From assembly GCF_000011125.1 (NCBI RefSeq), contig NC_000854.2, forward strand, positions 990,001 through 1,022,000: 32,000 nucleotides of DNA, read 5' to 3'. Shown in pieces: positions 18,497-29,279 of this stretch. The notes under the pieces are model-generated. The model searched no databases. It saw only the letters and a list, made by a program, of their open reading frames with translations, and was not told the origin of the DNA. The position numbers and the translations under genes were made by a program. The DNA comes from Aeropyrum pernix K1. Its GTDB lineage: Archaea; Thermoproteota; Thermoprotei_A; Sulfolobales; Acidilobaceae. How positions within the stretch are numbered: position 1 is the first letter of the stretch; every line of letters begins with the position of its first letter.

Positions 18497-18855
18497 GAGG
18501 GTGATCTGGAGCTGTCCAGTGTTGGAGTGGACAACCCTAGAGTAGCGGTAGGGAGCAGTGCTATGGTAGAAGATCTTCCTGAGGCCAGCTTTGCAGGGCA
18601 GCAGGAGGCCTACCTTAATGTAAAAGGGGCTGAAGAGGTTGTGGAGTACGTAAAGAAGGCATGGGCAAGCCTCTGGACGGCTAGAGCTATGAGCTATAGG
18701 GATAGCATAAATATAGACCATGAAACGGTATACATGGCCGTTATAGTGCAAAAAAGGTAAATAGTAGGAGTAGTGGTGTAATGTTTACAATTCACCCTGT
18801 TACAGGAGACACCGATAAGATCATGGTAGAGTCTATCTGGGGTCTTGGAGAGTAT
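18497..18855 (+). pseudogene. Phosphoenolpyruvate synthase (PPDK_N domain) fragment with frameshift
   Basis: Frame 1: [86 protein letters not shown]. After a roughly 1-nt lesion near 18755 a second frame continues [34 protein letters not shown]. Confidence 0.88.
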
Positions 18856-18887
18856 ATACTCCCGCCCTACTGAGTAGCACGATAGGG

Positions 18888-19202
18888 GTGGAGGCCGTGG
18901 AGGGAGTTCCCAGTGTTAGGGATAGCCTTGTTAGGGCTAGGATCCTTGTTAGGGGTGTTGTGCAGGGAGTGTTCTTCAGGGCTAGCATGAGGGAGGAGGC
19001 CCTGCGGCTGGGGCTCTCCGGGTGGGTTAGAAACCTTCCTGACGGGGAGAGTGTTGAGGCCGTGGTGGAGGGTAGGGGGGATGCTGTGGAGAGGATTATA
19101 TGCTGGTGCCTCCGAGGTCCTCCAGCGGCGAGAGTCAGGGAGCTGAGGGTCGAGTTGGAGCCCTATAAGGGGGAGTTCAGGGGTTTTGAGATAAGATATT
19201 GA
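18888..19202 (+). CDS. acyP: Acylphosphatase
   Basis: VRARILVRGVVQGVFFRASMREEALRLGLSGWVRNLPDGESVEAVVEG...: classic acylphosphatase motifs. Confidence 0.95.
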   Translation: MEAVEGVPSVRDSLVRARILVRGVVQGVFFRASMREEALRLGLSGWVRNLPDGESVEAVVEGRGDAVERIICWCLRGPPAARVRELRVELEPYKGEFRGFEIRY

Positions 19203-19242
19203 GCCCCAGGCTCCACCCCATCTACCCCGGGGTTTCAGGCGG

Positions 19243-20670
19243 GTGCTAGTGTTGATACGTGTTTTCAACACGCTGGGCAGGAGGAAGGAGGTTTTCAACC
19301 CCTATAGCCCGCCTCTCGTGGGCATGTATGTCTGCGGCCCGACTGTCTACGATTACACCCACATAGGCCATGCCAGGACCTTCACGGTCTTCGACGCTAT
19401 CAAGCGGTATCTAAGGCTTAGGGGGTATGATGTCTTCCACGTGCAGAACATCACGGATATAGACGATAAGATCATCAATAGGGCTAGGGAGGAGGGGAGG
19501 GACTGGAGGGAGATTGTGCGCGAGTACAGCAGGGACTATCTGGAGGGGCTCGGGAGCCTGGGCATACAGATAGACCACCACCCCAGGGTTACAGACCATA
19601 TATCAGACATAATCCGGTTCATAGAGGGGCTTATCGAGAAGGGCTACGCCTACGTGGCCGAGAGCGGGAGCGTCTACTTCGAGGTGGACAAGTACCCGGG
19701 GTATGGCATGCTAAGCGGCCACTTATCGAAGGAAGCGTGGAGGCAGGAGGAGGATGTGCTCCACGAGAAGAAGAGCCCGTACGACTTCGCCCTCTGGAAG
19801 GCAGCTAAGCCCGGTGAGCCTAGCTGGGAGAGCCCGTGGGGGAGGGGGAGGCCCGGATGGCATATCGAGTGCAGCGTCATGAGCAGCAGGTACCTGGGCA
19901 GCAGGATAGACATACACGGCGGCGGGGTGGACCTCGTCTTCCCCCACCACGAGAACGAGAGGGCGCAGAGCGAGAGCTACTTCGGCCACCGCTGGGTCAG
20001 GTACTGGCTGCACGCCAGCTACCTGACCATAAAGGGCGAGAAGATGAGCAAGAGCCTCGGCAACATCATACCCCTCCGAGAGGCCCTTAGGGAGTGGGGC
20101 CCAGGGCCCCTCAGGCTGTGGCTCCTTAGCTCCCACTACAGGAGCAACCTCGACTACAGCGAGGAGGCCCTCGGCCAGTACAGGAGGCTGTATGAGAGGC
20201 TCAGGCAGGCCGCCGACTCTATCGGGAGGAGGCTCGAGAGGGCCGAGCCCAAGGGCAGGCTTGGCGAGGGTGAGCTTGAGACGGTGGAGAGGCTTAAAGG
20301 GGTTGTGAGGAGGTGGCACGAGGCCATGTCCGACGACTTCAACATGGGGAAGGCTATGAGCAGCCTGTGGGAGTTCACGACAATCTACTTCAGGGAGGTT
20401 GAGCAGACGGAGAGCTACACCCTCTTATGGCTCTCCTGGAGGATCCTTACAGGATTCAACAGCGTCTACGCCTTCGCACCCGACATAGTAGAGGCTAGGA
20501 GGCCTGAGAGAAGTCTTGAGGACAGTCTGGTCCAGGCTCTCGTGGACGTGAGAAGCGAGCTCAGGAGGAGGAAGATGTACGACCTGGCCGACGAGATCAG
20601 GAGCAGGCTGGCTCAGCTAGGCTTCGTGCTCCACGACAAGGGGGAGAAGACGGAGTGGAGGAGAAGGTAG
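19243..20670 (+). CDS. cysS: Cysteinyl-tRNA synthetase
   Basis: VCGPTVYDYTHIGHART (HIGH), WHIECSVMSSRYLG, HHENERAQSE, GEKMSKSLGN (KMSKS). Confidence 0.97.
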   Translation: MLVLIRVFNTLGRRKEVFNPYSPPLVGMYVCGPTVYDYTHIGHARTFTVFDAIKRYLRLRGYDVFHVQNITDIDDKIINRAREEGRDWREIVREYSRDYLEGLGSLGIQIDHHPRVTDHISDIIRFIEGLIEKGYAYVAESGSVYFEVDKYPGYGMLSGHLSKEAWRQEEDVLHEKKSPYDFALWKAAKPGEPSWESPWGRGRPGWHIECSVMSSRYLGSRIDIHGGGVDLVFPHHENERAQSESYFGHRWVRYWLHASYLTIKGEKMSKSLGNIIPLREALREWGPGPLRLWLLSSHYRSNLDYSEEALGQYRRLYERLRQAADSIGRRLERAEPKGRLGEGELETVERLKGVVRRWHEAMSDDFNMGKAMSSLWEFTTIYFREVEQTESYTLLWLSWRILTGFNSVYAFAPDIVEARRPERSLEDSLVQALVDVRSELRRRKMYDLADEIRSRLAQLGFVLHDKGEKTEWRRR

Positions 20671-21458
20671 CCTGGGAGCCCCTCGACGTCAGGGCTATAG
20701 AGAGGCTCGACCTAAACGTGTACTCGAGGCAGCTGGGGCTGCTGGGCGTCCGGGGGCAGCTGAGGCTCTCCTCATCTAAAGTCGCGGTGGTGGGTCTCGG
20801 CGGCCTCGGCAACCTGGCGGCAGCCTACCTGGCTGCCTCGGGGGTTGGAAGGCTTATCCTGGTTGATAGGGACGTGGTGGAGCCAAGCAACCTCAACAGA
20901 CAGGTGCTCTACGGGAAAGGCGACGTGGGCAGGTACAAGGCTGTTGCCGCCGCTGAAAGGCTTGGGGAGCTGAACCCTGAGGCGGAGATAGAGCCTGTGC
21001 CCGAAGCTCTAGACCCGGCTCTGGCCGAGGACCTCGCGCGGGAGGCAGACGTCATCGTGGACGGGCTGGACAACTGGATGGCGAGGCTATGGCTGGACGC
21101 CGCCTCGTGGAGACGCGGGAAGCCGCTGGTGCATGGAGCGGCGGAGAGGATGCACGGCCAGGTCACAACCGTTGAGAGGGGGAGGAGCTCCTGCCTGGCA
21201 TGCATAGCCCCCTCCAACCCGGAAAGGGCGGGATGCACGACCATAATAGCACCAACGGTCGGGGTCGTATCCTCGCTCGAGGTCCTAGAAGCCATTAAAC
21301 TCCTAACCGGGGTGGGAGAGCCCCTCTACAACAGGCTCGCGGTAATAGATCTAACCACACCCAGGATAGAGGTCCTCAGGCTCGCGCAGATGGACTGCAG
21401 GGCGTGCCTCTCCAGGCTCAAGGGAGGCGAGGACCTCGCCAGCCTCTACGGGGTTTAG
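20655..21458 (+). CDS. ThiF/MoeB/HesA-family E1-like adenylyltransferase
   Basis: YSRQLGLLGVRGQ, VAVVGLGGLGNLAAAYLAASGVGRLILVDRDVVEPSNLNRQVLY, CLAC...CRAC zinc cysteines. Start overlaps the cysS end. Confidence 0.93.
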   Translation: MEEKVAWEPLDVRAIERLDLNVYSRQLGLLGVRGQLRLSSSKVAVVGLGGLGNLAAAYLAASGVGRLILVDRDVVEPSNLNRQVLYGKGDVGRYKAVAAAERLGELNPEAEIEPVPEALDPALAEDLAREADVIVDGLDNWMARLWLDAASWRRGKPLVHGAAERMHGQVTTVERGRSSCLACIAPSNPERAGCTTIIAPTVGVVSSLEVLEAIKLLTGVGEPLYNRLAVIDLTTPRIEVLRLAQMDCRACLSRLKGGEDLASLYGV

Positions 21459-21524
21459 GGTCGAGCAGGCCCGGCGCCTCCATACTATAAAGGCTCCAGG
21501 CATAGAGAATAAACCACTCGGAGC

Positions 21525-21646
21525 GGGCCCGTAGCTCAGCCAGGACAGAGCGCCGGCCTTCTAAGCGGGGCCGGGAGGCCTCGGCCCTACCTCGGCTGCG
21601 CGGGGACAGCCGGTGGTCCCGGGTTCAAATCCCGGCGGGCCCGCCA
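21525..21646 (+). tRNA. tRNA-Arg (anticodon TCT) with a 44-nt intron (21564-21607), CCA encoded
   Basis: GGGCCCG-TA-GCTCAGCCAGGACAGAGC-G-CCGGC-CTTCTA|intron|A-GCCGG-TGGTC-CCGGG-TTCAAAT-CCCGG-CGGGCCC-G-CCA. TATA-like ACTATAAAGG is about 40 nt upstream. The intron junctions form a bulge-helix-bulge. Confidence 0.96.
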
Positions 21647-21724
21647 CAACAGCCCCTCCCAAGCGGGGGTGGGTGTGGGGCTCCTATACTTGGATGGCCT
21701 CTGGAGTCGAGTGGTGGTGCTGCG

Positions 21725-22030
21725 TTGAAGGCTAACGTGGCGGCTGCGGGTGTTGTAGGGGCTGCCCTAGCACTAGCCTCCGCTCTTGCCACAGGCTTAG
21801 CAGGGTTTAACCCGGGTTTCGGTGGTTTAGACCCGGGGCTCGCTGTAGGGTTAATTGGGGTTGCCATCTGCGCAGCTGCCGCGGTAGCCTTGTACCCGTT
21901 GTATGCTAGGCTCTCCGGGAGCTCTGTCTCAGGCGTGGTAGAGTCCTTTCTCTCGCAGATTATGGTGTACCTAGTCCTGTGGCCGGCCCTCCACGCTTCA
22001 ATCAGGCTTTTACTTAGTCTGGGAGGCTAG
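21725..22030 (+). CDS. Small hypothetical membrane protein
   Basis: TTG start; 101 aa with several hydrophobic segments (VVGAALALASALATGLAG, LAVGLIGVAICAAAAVALYPLY, IMVYLVLWPALHASI). Confidence 0.6.
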   Translation: MKANVAAAGVVGAALALASALATGLAGFNPGFGGLDPGLAVGLIGVAICAAAAVALYPLYARLSGSSVSGVVESFLSQIMVYLVLWPALHASIRLLLSLGG

Positions 22031-22109
22031 GCCCGCTAAGCCTGGTTGGGTATGACAATATATTTCCCCCGGATAGAAACCCCCGGGTTACTTAGGGTGT
22101 GTAGAGGCA

Positions 22110-23330
22110 GTGGCCCGCAGGATAGTGGTGGAGAGCTACCCCTACCCTAGGGTTGAGGACCTGCAGGTAGAGCTGGTGGAGCGCAAGGGTCTCGGGCACC
22201 CGGATACTATCTGCGATGCTGCTGCTGAGGCGGTGAGCAGAGAACTCAGCAAATACTACCTGGAGAGGTTCGGGAAGATCCTCCACCACAACGTCGACAA
22301 GGTTCTCCTAGTGGGCGGGCAGGCTGCACCCAGGCTTGGGGGCGGCGAGGTCCTCCAGCCGATCTATATTCTCGTCTCGGGGAGGGTGACTACCGAGGTG
22401 AGGACGGGGGGCGGCGTGGAGAGCGTGCCCGTAGGCCCCATCATCCTTAGGGCTGTTAAGAACTACATCAGGGAGAACTTCAGGTTCCTGGACCCGGAGG
22501 AGCACGTGATAGTCGACTACCGCGTGGGACGTGGAAGCGTGGACCTTGTAGGCATCTTCGAGGCGGAGGACAAGGTGCCCCTAGCCAACGACACCAGCAT
22601 AGGCTCCGGCCACGCCCCGCTCTCCACCCTGGAGAGGCTTGTTCTCGAGACTGAGAGGATCCTCAACAGCAGGGAGACCAAGGAGAGGCTGCCGGCCGTC
22701 GGGGAGGATGTGAAGGTTATGGGGGTGAGGGACGGGAAGTCCATAACACTCACCGTGGCCATGGCGGTCGTCAGCAGCCAGGTTGGAAGCGTGAGCGACT
22801 ACCTTGCGGTCAAGGAGGAGGCGGAGAGCCTGATACTGGATCTGGCCTCCAGGATAGCGCCCGACTACGACGTTAGGGTTAACATAAACACTGGCGACAT
22901 ACCCGAGAAGAAGATACTCTACCTCACCGTCACCGGTACCAGCGCCGAGCATGGTGACGACGGTGCGACAGGCAGGGGTAACAGGGTTAACGGGCTTATC
23001 ACGCCTATGAGGCCTATGAGCATGGAGGCGGCTGCCGGCAAGAACCCGGTAAACCATGTTGGCAAGATATACAATGTAGTAGCCAACGAGATGGCGGCAC
23101 TCATCCACCGCGAGGTGAAGGGGGTGGAGGAGGTGTATGTAAAGCTCGTGAGCCAGATAGGCAAGCCGATAGACAGGCCCCGGATAGTCGACGTCAAGGT
23201 TAGGATGGAGGGGGGGAGAGAGGTGACCGCGGACGCCAAGAGGGAGATAGAGGCCATAGCCAACTCCGTCCTAGACGGCATAACGGGCTACACTGAGAAG
23301 CTGGTGAGGGGGGATATAACAGTTTATTAG
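22110..23330 (+). CDS. mat: Archaeal-type S-adenosylmethionine synthetase
   Basis: [100 protein letters not shown]. Confidence 0.97.
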   Translation: MARRIVVESYPYPRVEDLQVELVERKGLGHPDTICDAAAEAVSRELSKYYLERFGKILHHNVDKVLLVGGQAAPRLGGGEVLQPIYILVSGRVTTEVRTGGGVESVPVGPIILRAVKNYIRENFRFLDPEEHVIVDYRVGRGSVDLVGIFEAEDKVPLANDTSIGSGHAPLSTLERLVLETERILNSRETKERLPAVGEDVKVMGVRDGKSITLTVAMAVVSSQVGSVSDYLAVKEEAESLILDLASRIAPDYDVRVNINTGDIPEKKILYLTVTGTSAEHGDDGATGRGNRVNGLITPMRPMSMEAAAGKNPVNHVGKIYNVVANEMAALIHREVKGVEEVYVKLVSQIGKPIDRPRIVDVKVRMEGGREVTADAKREIEAIANSVLDGITGYTEKLVRGDITVY

Positions 23331-25378
23331 CCCCGTCGTGAGGACCTCCGGTACTCCTCCACTATCCTCATAATATCCACTGAAGCTTCTCTCCTACGCC
23401 TCCATTCAGCCCTCATTTCCTCCGCCAGCCGCAGGACCTCGCTGGACACCAATACATAGCCGCCGAGCCTGAGGACCTGCACCTCGCTAATAGGTATGAC
23501 GGGGACCCTCCTGCTCTTTAGGGCGTTGGCGGCGGGCGAGCTCGGATGATCTGCGACCACGGCCTCTACACCAGCCTTGGCAAGCTCCTCCACGGCGTCC
23601 CAAGTGAAGGTATCCCCGCCCCTAAGCACCAGTATAAGGCGTCCACCCCGCATGGCCGCAGCTGCCTCTCTAACCGTTTTCAGCGTAAGCCGATCGACCT
23701 CTACAGCGAGCAGGTGGGTCCCCCGCCCCAGCAGCTCGACGGCCCTCCTAAGCTCCTCCAGCTCTCCCTTCAGCTCCTCCACCATCATCGCCGACTCCTC
23801 TAGCCTGCGCTCGAGCTTCCTCACCCTCTCCCTCATCATCTCCGCCTCCCGCCTGATTCCATGGTCGCTCTTCGCCCTGGCCCTAGCCCTCTCCAGCTGG
23901 GCTTTGAGCATCATGACCTCCGCCTCCATCTCCTCGAGACGCCTTTTTAGGCTGGAGTTCTCTATTCTCAACGCCTCCAGCATCTCCCTTAAAGCGCTCA
24001 TCTCTTTGTAGACGCTGCCCCCGTCGCCCGCAGCCTCTTCCTGATGCTGCCGGGCACCCCGCTCGGCCCTCGGGGCCTCTGGCTCACCGTCTCCCAGCTC
24101 CTCTTCTATGGCTCGTTCAAGAGCCTCAGCCAGGGTAGCCCCCCTTATAACATCTATCTTGACACGCTCCACGTCAACGTCTATACCCATCTTCTCTATA
24201 GTTCTCTCTACAGAGCGTAGTTTAGACTCTAGGGCCAGATACGCCTTGTACGCCGCTGCGGCGGCATCCCTCACATGAGTATCCTCTACCGAGGACCCGA
24301 GAACACGCCTGGCCAGCCCCCACTTCTCGGAGGTCGTCAGGTCTGCGGGCGGAGTGTAGAGCATTGCCCCCCACTGGGCTGCGAGCTTCTTTGCCGTCTC
24401 CGGCGGGTCGGCGACGTCTACAGCGACTATAACAGGCCTCCCGAGGCCATAGACTATCTCGGTCACCCTGCTCCTATCCAGGCTCTTACTGCTCTCAGCG
24501 TGGAGGAGCCTCCCGTTTATGTCGAGAACCGCTAGGCCAGTGGTTATTCCGGGGTCTATACCCACTATTACGGGGGAGCTCCTCTCGGGAGCATCGGGTA
24601 GTGTGAGTATCCTGCTCCTCGCAACCGGCTTTATCCTGACAGTATAGTCCGGGCCCTCCCTCCGCCTCACAACACCCTCCAGCTTCTCACGCGGGGCGTA
24701 GACGATGAAGGTCGCCGACTCTATGCCCCCCTCGCTCCTCCTATAGTTTAGATCGTAGTCCAGACCAGCCCTGTCTAGGGACTCCCTAATCCGGGAGACG
24801 GCCTGAGATATCGCGGCCCTAACCCTCCTCTGGTACCTAGCCTGGCTCCAGCCGCCAGAGCTCCCGCTCCTCGCCCTGGAGACTGTCACCAGAGTCTTCT
24901 CCTCCAGAACACTCACGGGGGTCCCCGCGCCCTCCAGGGCGAGGACGGCTAGGAGGTAGGCGGTTGCAGTGGGCGTCAGCTTTTTCTCCACCCTTATGCC
25001 ATACCTCTCGGCGACCTCCCTCAGGCTGGCTAGCCTTCCACCCTCTAGGGTCACCTGTACTAGCCTAGTCTTGGGGGGGAGCATTGAGGCGACCCTTCCC
25101 ACGTCCCTCTCGCTCCTTCCGAGTTCGAAAACGTTGTCAACGGCGAGTATGTCGGGCTGCCTGCTCCACGCCACCCTTATCAGCCTGGCCAGGCTTATGG
25201 ACTCGTGCTTCTCCAACAACCTCCCGCTCTCTCCGAGTATGACCGCTGCGTACCTGGCGCTCCTGCTGCCGGGCTCGCCGGACACTATATCGACGCCCAT
25301 CACGACGCGCGTTACAACACCACCCCCCACTCCGGGCCCGGGCCTATACAGGGGGCTCCCTGGACTCCCCCATGACAT
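23327..25378 (-). CDS. DUF460-family protein with an RNase H/RuvC-like domain and coiled coil
   Basis: VIVGIDPGITTGLAVLD...VAVDVAD...DTHVRDAAAAAYKAY; long Glu/Arg-rich coiled coil; C-terminal GVEAVVADHPSSPAANALKSRRVPVI. Confidence 0.85.
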   Translation of the reverse strand: MSWGSPGSPLYRPGPGVGGGVVTRVVMGVDIVSGEPGSRSARYAAVILGESGRLLEKHESISLARLIRVAWSRQPDILAVDNVFELGRSERDVGRVASMLPPKTRLVQVTLEGGRLASLREVAERYGIRVEKKLTPTATAYLLAVLALEGAGTPVSVLEEKTLVTVSRARSGSSGGWSQARYQRRVRAAISQAVSRIRESLDRAGLDYDLNYRRSEGGIESATFIVYAPREKLEGVVRRREGPDYTVRIKPVARSRILTLPDAPERSSPVIVGIDPGITTGLAVLDINGRLLHAESSKSLDRSRVTEIVYGLGRPVIVAVDVADPPETAKKLAAQWGAMLYTPPADLTTSEKWGLARRVLGSSVEDTHVRDAAAAAYKAYLALESKLRSVERTIEKMGIDVDVERVKIDVIRGATLAEALERAIEEELGDGEPEAPRAERGARQHQEEAAGDGGSVYKEMSALREMLEALRIENSSLKRRLEEMEAEVMMLKAQLERARARAKSDHGIRREAEMMRERVRKLERRLEESAMMVEELKGELEELRRAVELLGRGTHLLAVEVDRLTLKTVREAAAAMRGGRLILVLRGGDTFTWDAVEELAKAGVEAVVADHPSSPAANALKSRRVPVIPISEVQVLRLGGYVLVSSEVLRLAEEMRAEWRRRREASVDIMRIVEEYRRSSRRG

Positions 25379-26519
25379 ATCTTAGTGCAGAGGCTAATTC
25401 AACCTTTAGCCCTGCCCTCCTCCTGAAATATTTCAAAATATACTCCACATCCCTCCTAAGGAGTTCCAGTGCATGGGGCTCGTCCCTGTAGACGTACTGA
25501 GGCCAGTCTATTACAACACCCCTCCCCTCGGTGGTGGCTATCACGTTGTACTCGCTCAGGTCACCATGTACGACTCCAACCCTCGTGTAAGCTATTCTCA
25601 GCGTCTCCAGCACGTCCCTCAAGATACTGGCGGCAGCCTCAGTGTCGAGAACCCGCACGTCGGCCAGCAGGACGCCCTCCACATACCTCTGCACCACAGC
25701 ATGGCGGTTCCAAGCCACGGGGCTAGGGATTCTAGCCCCCTCCTCCTCCAGCCTGACAAGTATCTTGAACTCCCTCTCAGCTAGGGCCTTTGAGACGTCA
25801 AGCCAGCTGGTGGGCCTCAAGTCGAGGGCGTAACTCCTGTGTCTCCTCACCTTCCTGAAACTCTCCCTCCCGGCCCTATGCAGCTTCACAGTCAGTTTGG
25901 AGCCGGCTGGAGATACAGCAACGTATACATCCCCCTCTTTCCCAAGGCCTATCTTGTCGCCCAGGACCTCGACAATACCCCTCGACCTTAGGTTATCTAT
26001 CGCAAGGACGTCGAGGCCGGTGTAGGTAAGGGTGTAGCCGCTGACGCTGCCAAGCCTCCTCTTAACAAGCTTAAGAGTCACGAGGGTCTTCACAGCCCTG
26101 GAGAACCGGGAGGGGGGTAGTCGCGAGGTCCTCTCCACTAGCTCCACAGGCACGTAGCGGTACTTCCTCATCCACCTCTCGATAGCTCTCAACACCCTCA
26201 GCTCGTCGCCGCTGAGGCTGGTGTAGACGTTCCACAGGTTCGACGGCAAACGGCCTCCGACCCGGTATTCAGGTTGTATGTGGGGAGGTATAACGCTGAG
26301 AGCCCCTCCTAACCTTAGACGCGGAGGCCTAACCTGTTCATCACTGTGGTATAGTATAAAACCCCATTCTAACATTTTAAACTCGATGGGTAACTGAACA
26401 GAGGGGGGGGTAAGAGTGGGTTCAGCTCCCGACAACATAACGGGAAAGAGGAGGGCATAGTCGAGGAGGAGGGTGTAATGTACGTGAGGGGCTACAGGCA
26501 CATAGCTAAGGTAGCCCAC
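25344..26519 (-). CDS. rio2: RIO2-type atypical serine/threonine protein kinase
   Basis: Winged-helix-like N-terminus, IGLGKEGDVYVAVSPAGSKLTVKLHRAGRESFRKV, VGVVHGDLSEYNVIATTEGRGVVIDWPQYV. The start is probably internal, not 26519. Confidence 0.93.
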   Translation of the reverse strand: MGYLSYVPVAPHVHYTLLLDYALLFPVMLSGAEPTLTPPSVQLPIEFKMLEWGFILYHSDEQVRPPRLRLGGALSVIPPHIQPEYRVGGRLPSNLWNVYTSLSGDELRVLRAIERWMRKYRYVPVELVERTSRLPPSRFSRAVKTLVTLKLVKRRLGSVSGYTLTYTGLDVLAIDNLRSRGIVEVLGDKIGLGKEGDVYVAVSPAGSKLTVKLHRAGRESFRKVRRHRSYALDLRPTSWLDVSKALAEREFKILVRLEEEGARIPSPVAWNRHAVVQRYVEGVLLADVRVLDTEAAASILRDVLETLRIAYTRVGVVHGDLSEYNVIATTEGRGVVIDWPQYVYRDEPHALELLRRDVEYILKYFRRRAGLKVELASALRYVMGESREPPV

Positions 26520-26747
26520 GCGCTCGCTAACGAGACGCGAACAAGGATTATAGAGCTCCTGGCTAGCGGCCCCAAGACGCTGGACGAGCTATCAGAGGTC
26601 CTCGGGCAGAGCAAGGCGAACATAAGCAGCCAGATTAGGAAGCTTGAGGAGATAGGCATAGTCGTCCCCCGTTACCAGCCGGGTGACAGGGGTATAAGGA
26701 AGACGGTTGAGCTCAGGGCTAAGAGGATAGTGCTCCTGCTCGAGTAG
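26478..26747 (+). CDS. ArsR-like winged helix-turn-helix protein
   Basis: HIAKVAHALANETRTRIIELLASGPKTLDELSEVLGQSKANISSQIRKLEEIGIV. Confidence 0.85.
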   Translation: MYVRGYRHIAKVAHALANETRTRIIELLASGPKTLDELSEVLGQSKANISSQIRKLEEIGIVVPRYQPGDRGIRKTVELRAKRIVLLLE

Positions 26748-26761
26748 AACGCTAGCCCTGG

Positions 26762-28411
<1,650 letters not shown>

Positions 28412-28475
28412 CTAATAAGTTGTAAAGCCCAACCTAAATCACCCCGGCGAGTGTACCTCAAGCGGGGTTGCAGGA

Positions 28476-29279
28476 TTGAAGAGCTGCCCAGGCTTAGACG
28501 GCTATGACATCGTGTTTGCGGATCTAGACGGCGTGATATGGCTTGGGCAGGAACCTATAGAGGATAACCTAGTAGTGCTTAGGACTCTGGCGAGCGAGGG
28601 TAGGCTTGTGGTTCTCACTAATAATTCGACGCGAAGTAGGAGAGTTTACGCGGCTATGCTCGAGAGGGTGGGCCTCGACATAGAGCCCGGGAGGATAGTA
28701 ACGAGCGCCTACAGCGCCGCCGTCCTGCTGAAGAAAAAGCTGGGACCATCCACCGCCCTGGTTGTAGGGGAGGAGGGGCTGGTTGAAGAGCTTGCTGTGG
28801 AGGGCCATGTAGTGGCGAGCTCGAGCGACAACATCGACGTTGATGCGGTGGTCGTCGGCCTCGACAGGAACCTCACCTATGGGAAGCTGGCGAGGGCTGC
28901 CTCCGCAATACACAGCGGGAGCCTTTTCGTGGCGACGAACCTCGACCACGCCCTACCAACCCCCAGAGGCCTCATACCAGGTGCAGGATCCATTGTGGCT
29001 CTTCTGGAGAAGGCAACGGGGGTCAAGCCTGCGATTGTCGCTGGGAAGCCGTCCAGGGGCTTGGCCGAGGTTCTAGAGAGCCTTTTCAAGCCGGTCAGGC
29101 CCCTCGTGGTGGGTGATAGGATAGATACTGACGTGGAGTTCGCCAGGGCCTGGGGTGTTGATTCTCTTCTCGTGCTCACTGGCCTCTACAGGGGTGTCAG
29201 CATAGAGGAGGCTTCTAGGAAGGCTGGGGAGGGGGTGAGGGTTGCCAGGAGTCTCAGCGAGTTCTGCAGAGGGGGGTAG
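28476..29279 (+). CDS. HAD-superfamily NagD/p-nitrophenylphosphatase-like hydrolase
   Basis: DIVFADLDGVIWLGQEPIEDN, VVLTNNSTRSRR, KPSRGLAEVL, VVGDRIDTDVEFARAWGVDSLLVLTG. Confidence 0.92.
   Translation: MKSCPGLDGYDIVFADLDGVIWLGQEPIEDNLVVLRTLASEGRLVVLTNNSTRSRRVYAAMLERVGLDIEPGRIVTSAYSAAVLLKKKLGPSTALVVGEEGLVEELAVEGHVVASSSDNIDVDAVVVGLDRNLTYGKLARAASAIHSGSLFVATNLDHALPTPRGLIPGAGSIVALLEKATGVKPAIVAGKPSRGLAEVLESLFKPVRPLVVGDRIDTDVEFARAWGVDSLLVLTGLYRGVSIEEASRKAGEGVRVARSLSEFCRGG

Noticed and set aside
18459-18530. Possible C/D-box sRNA (GTGATGA followed by GTGATCT)
   Set aside because: No CTGA D or D' boxes at suitable spacing; the sequence adjoins the PEP-synthase remnant.
18395-18751. 118-aa minus-strand ORF
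   Set aside because: Antisense to the PEP-synthase fragment, with no family motif; the plus-strand homology explains the sequence better.
18527-18760. 77-aa ORF as an independent small protein
   Set aside because: It is an internal slice of a PPDK_N domain whose homology continues in another frame past the stop; called as a pseudogene instead.
19723-20319. 198-aa minus-strand ORF
   Set aside because: Pro/Leu/Ala-rich shadow of cysS.
22581-23108. 175-aa minus-strand ORF
   Set aside because: Shadow of the AdoMet synthetase gene, whose motifs are unambiguous.
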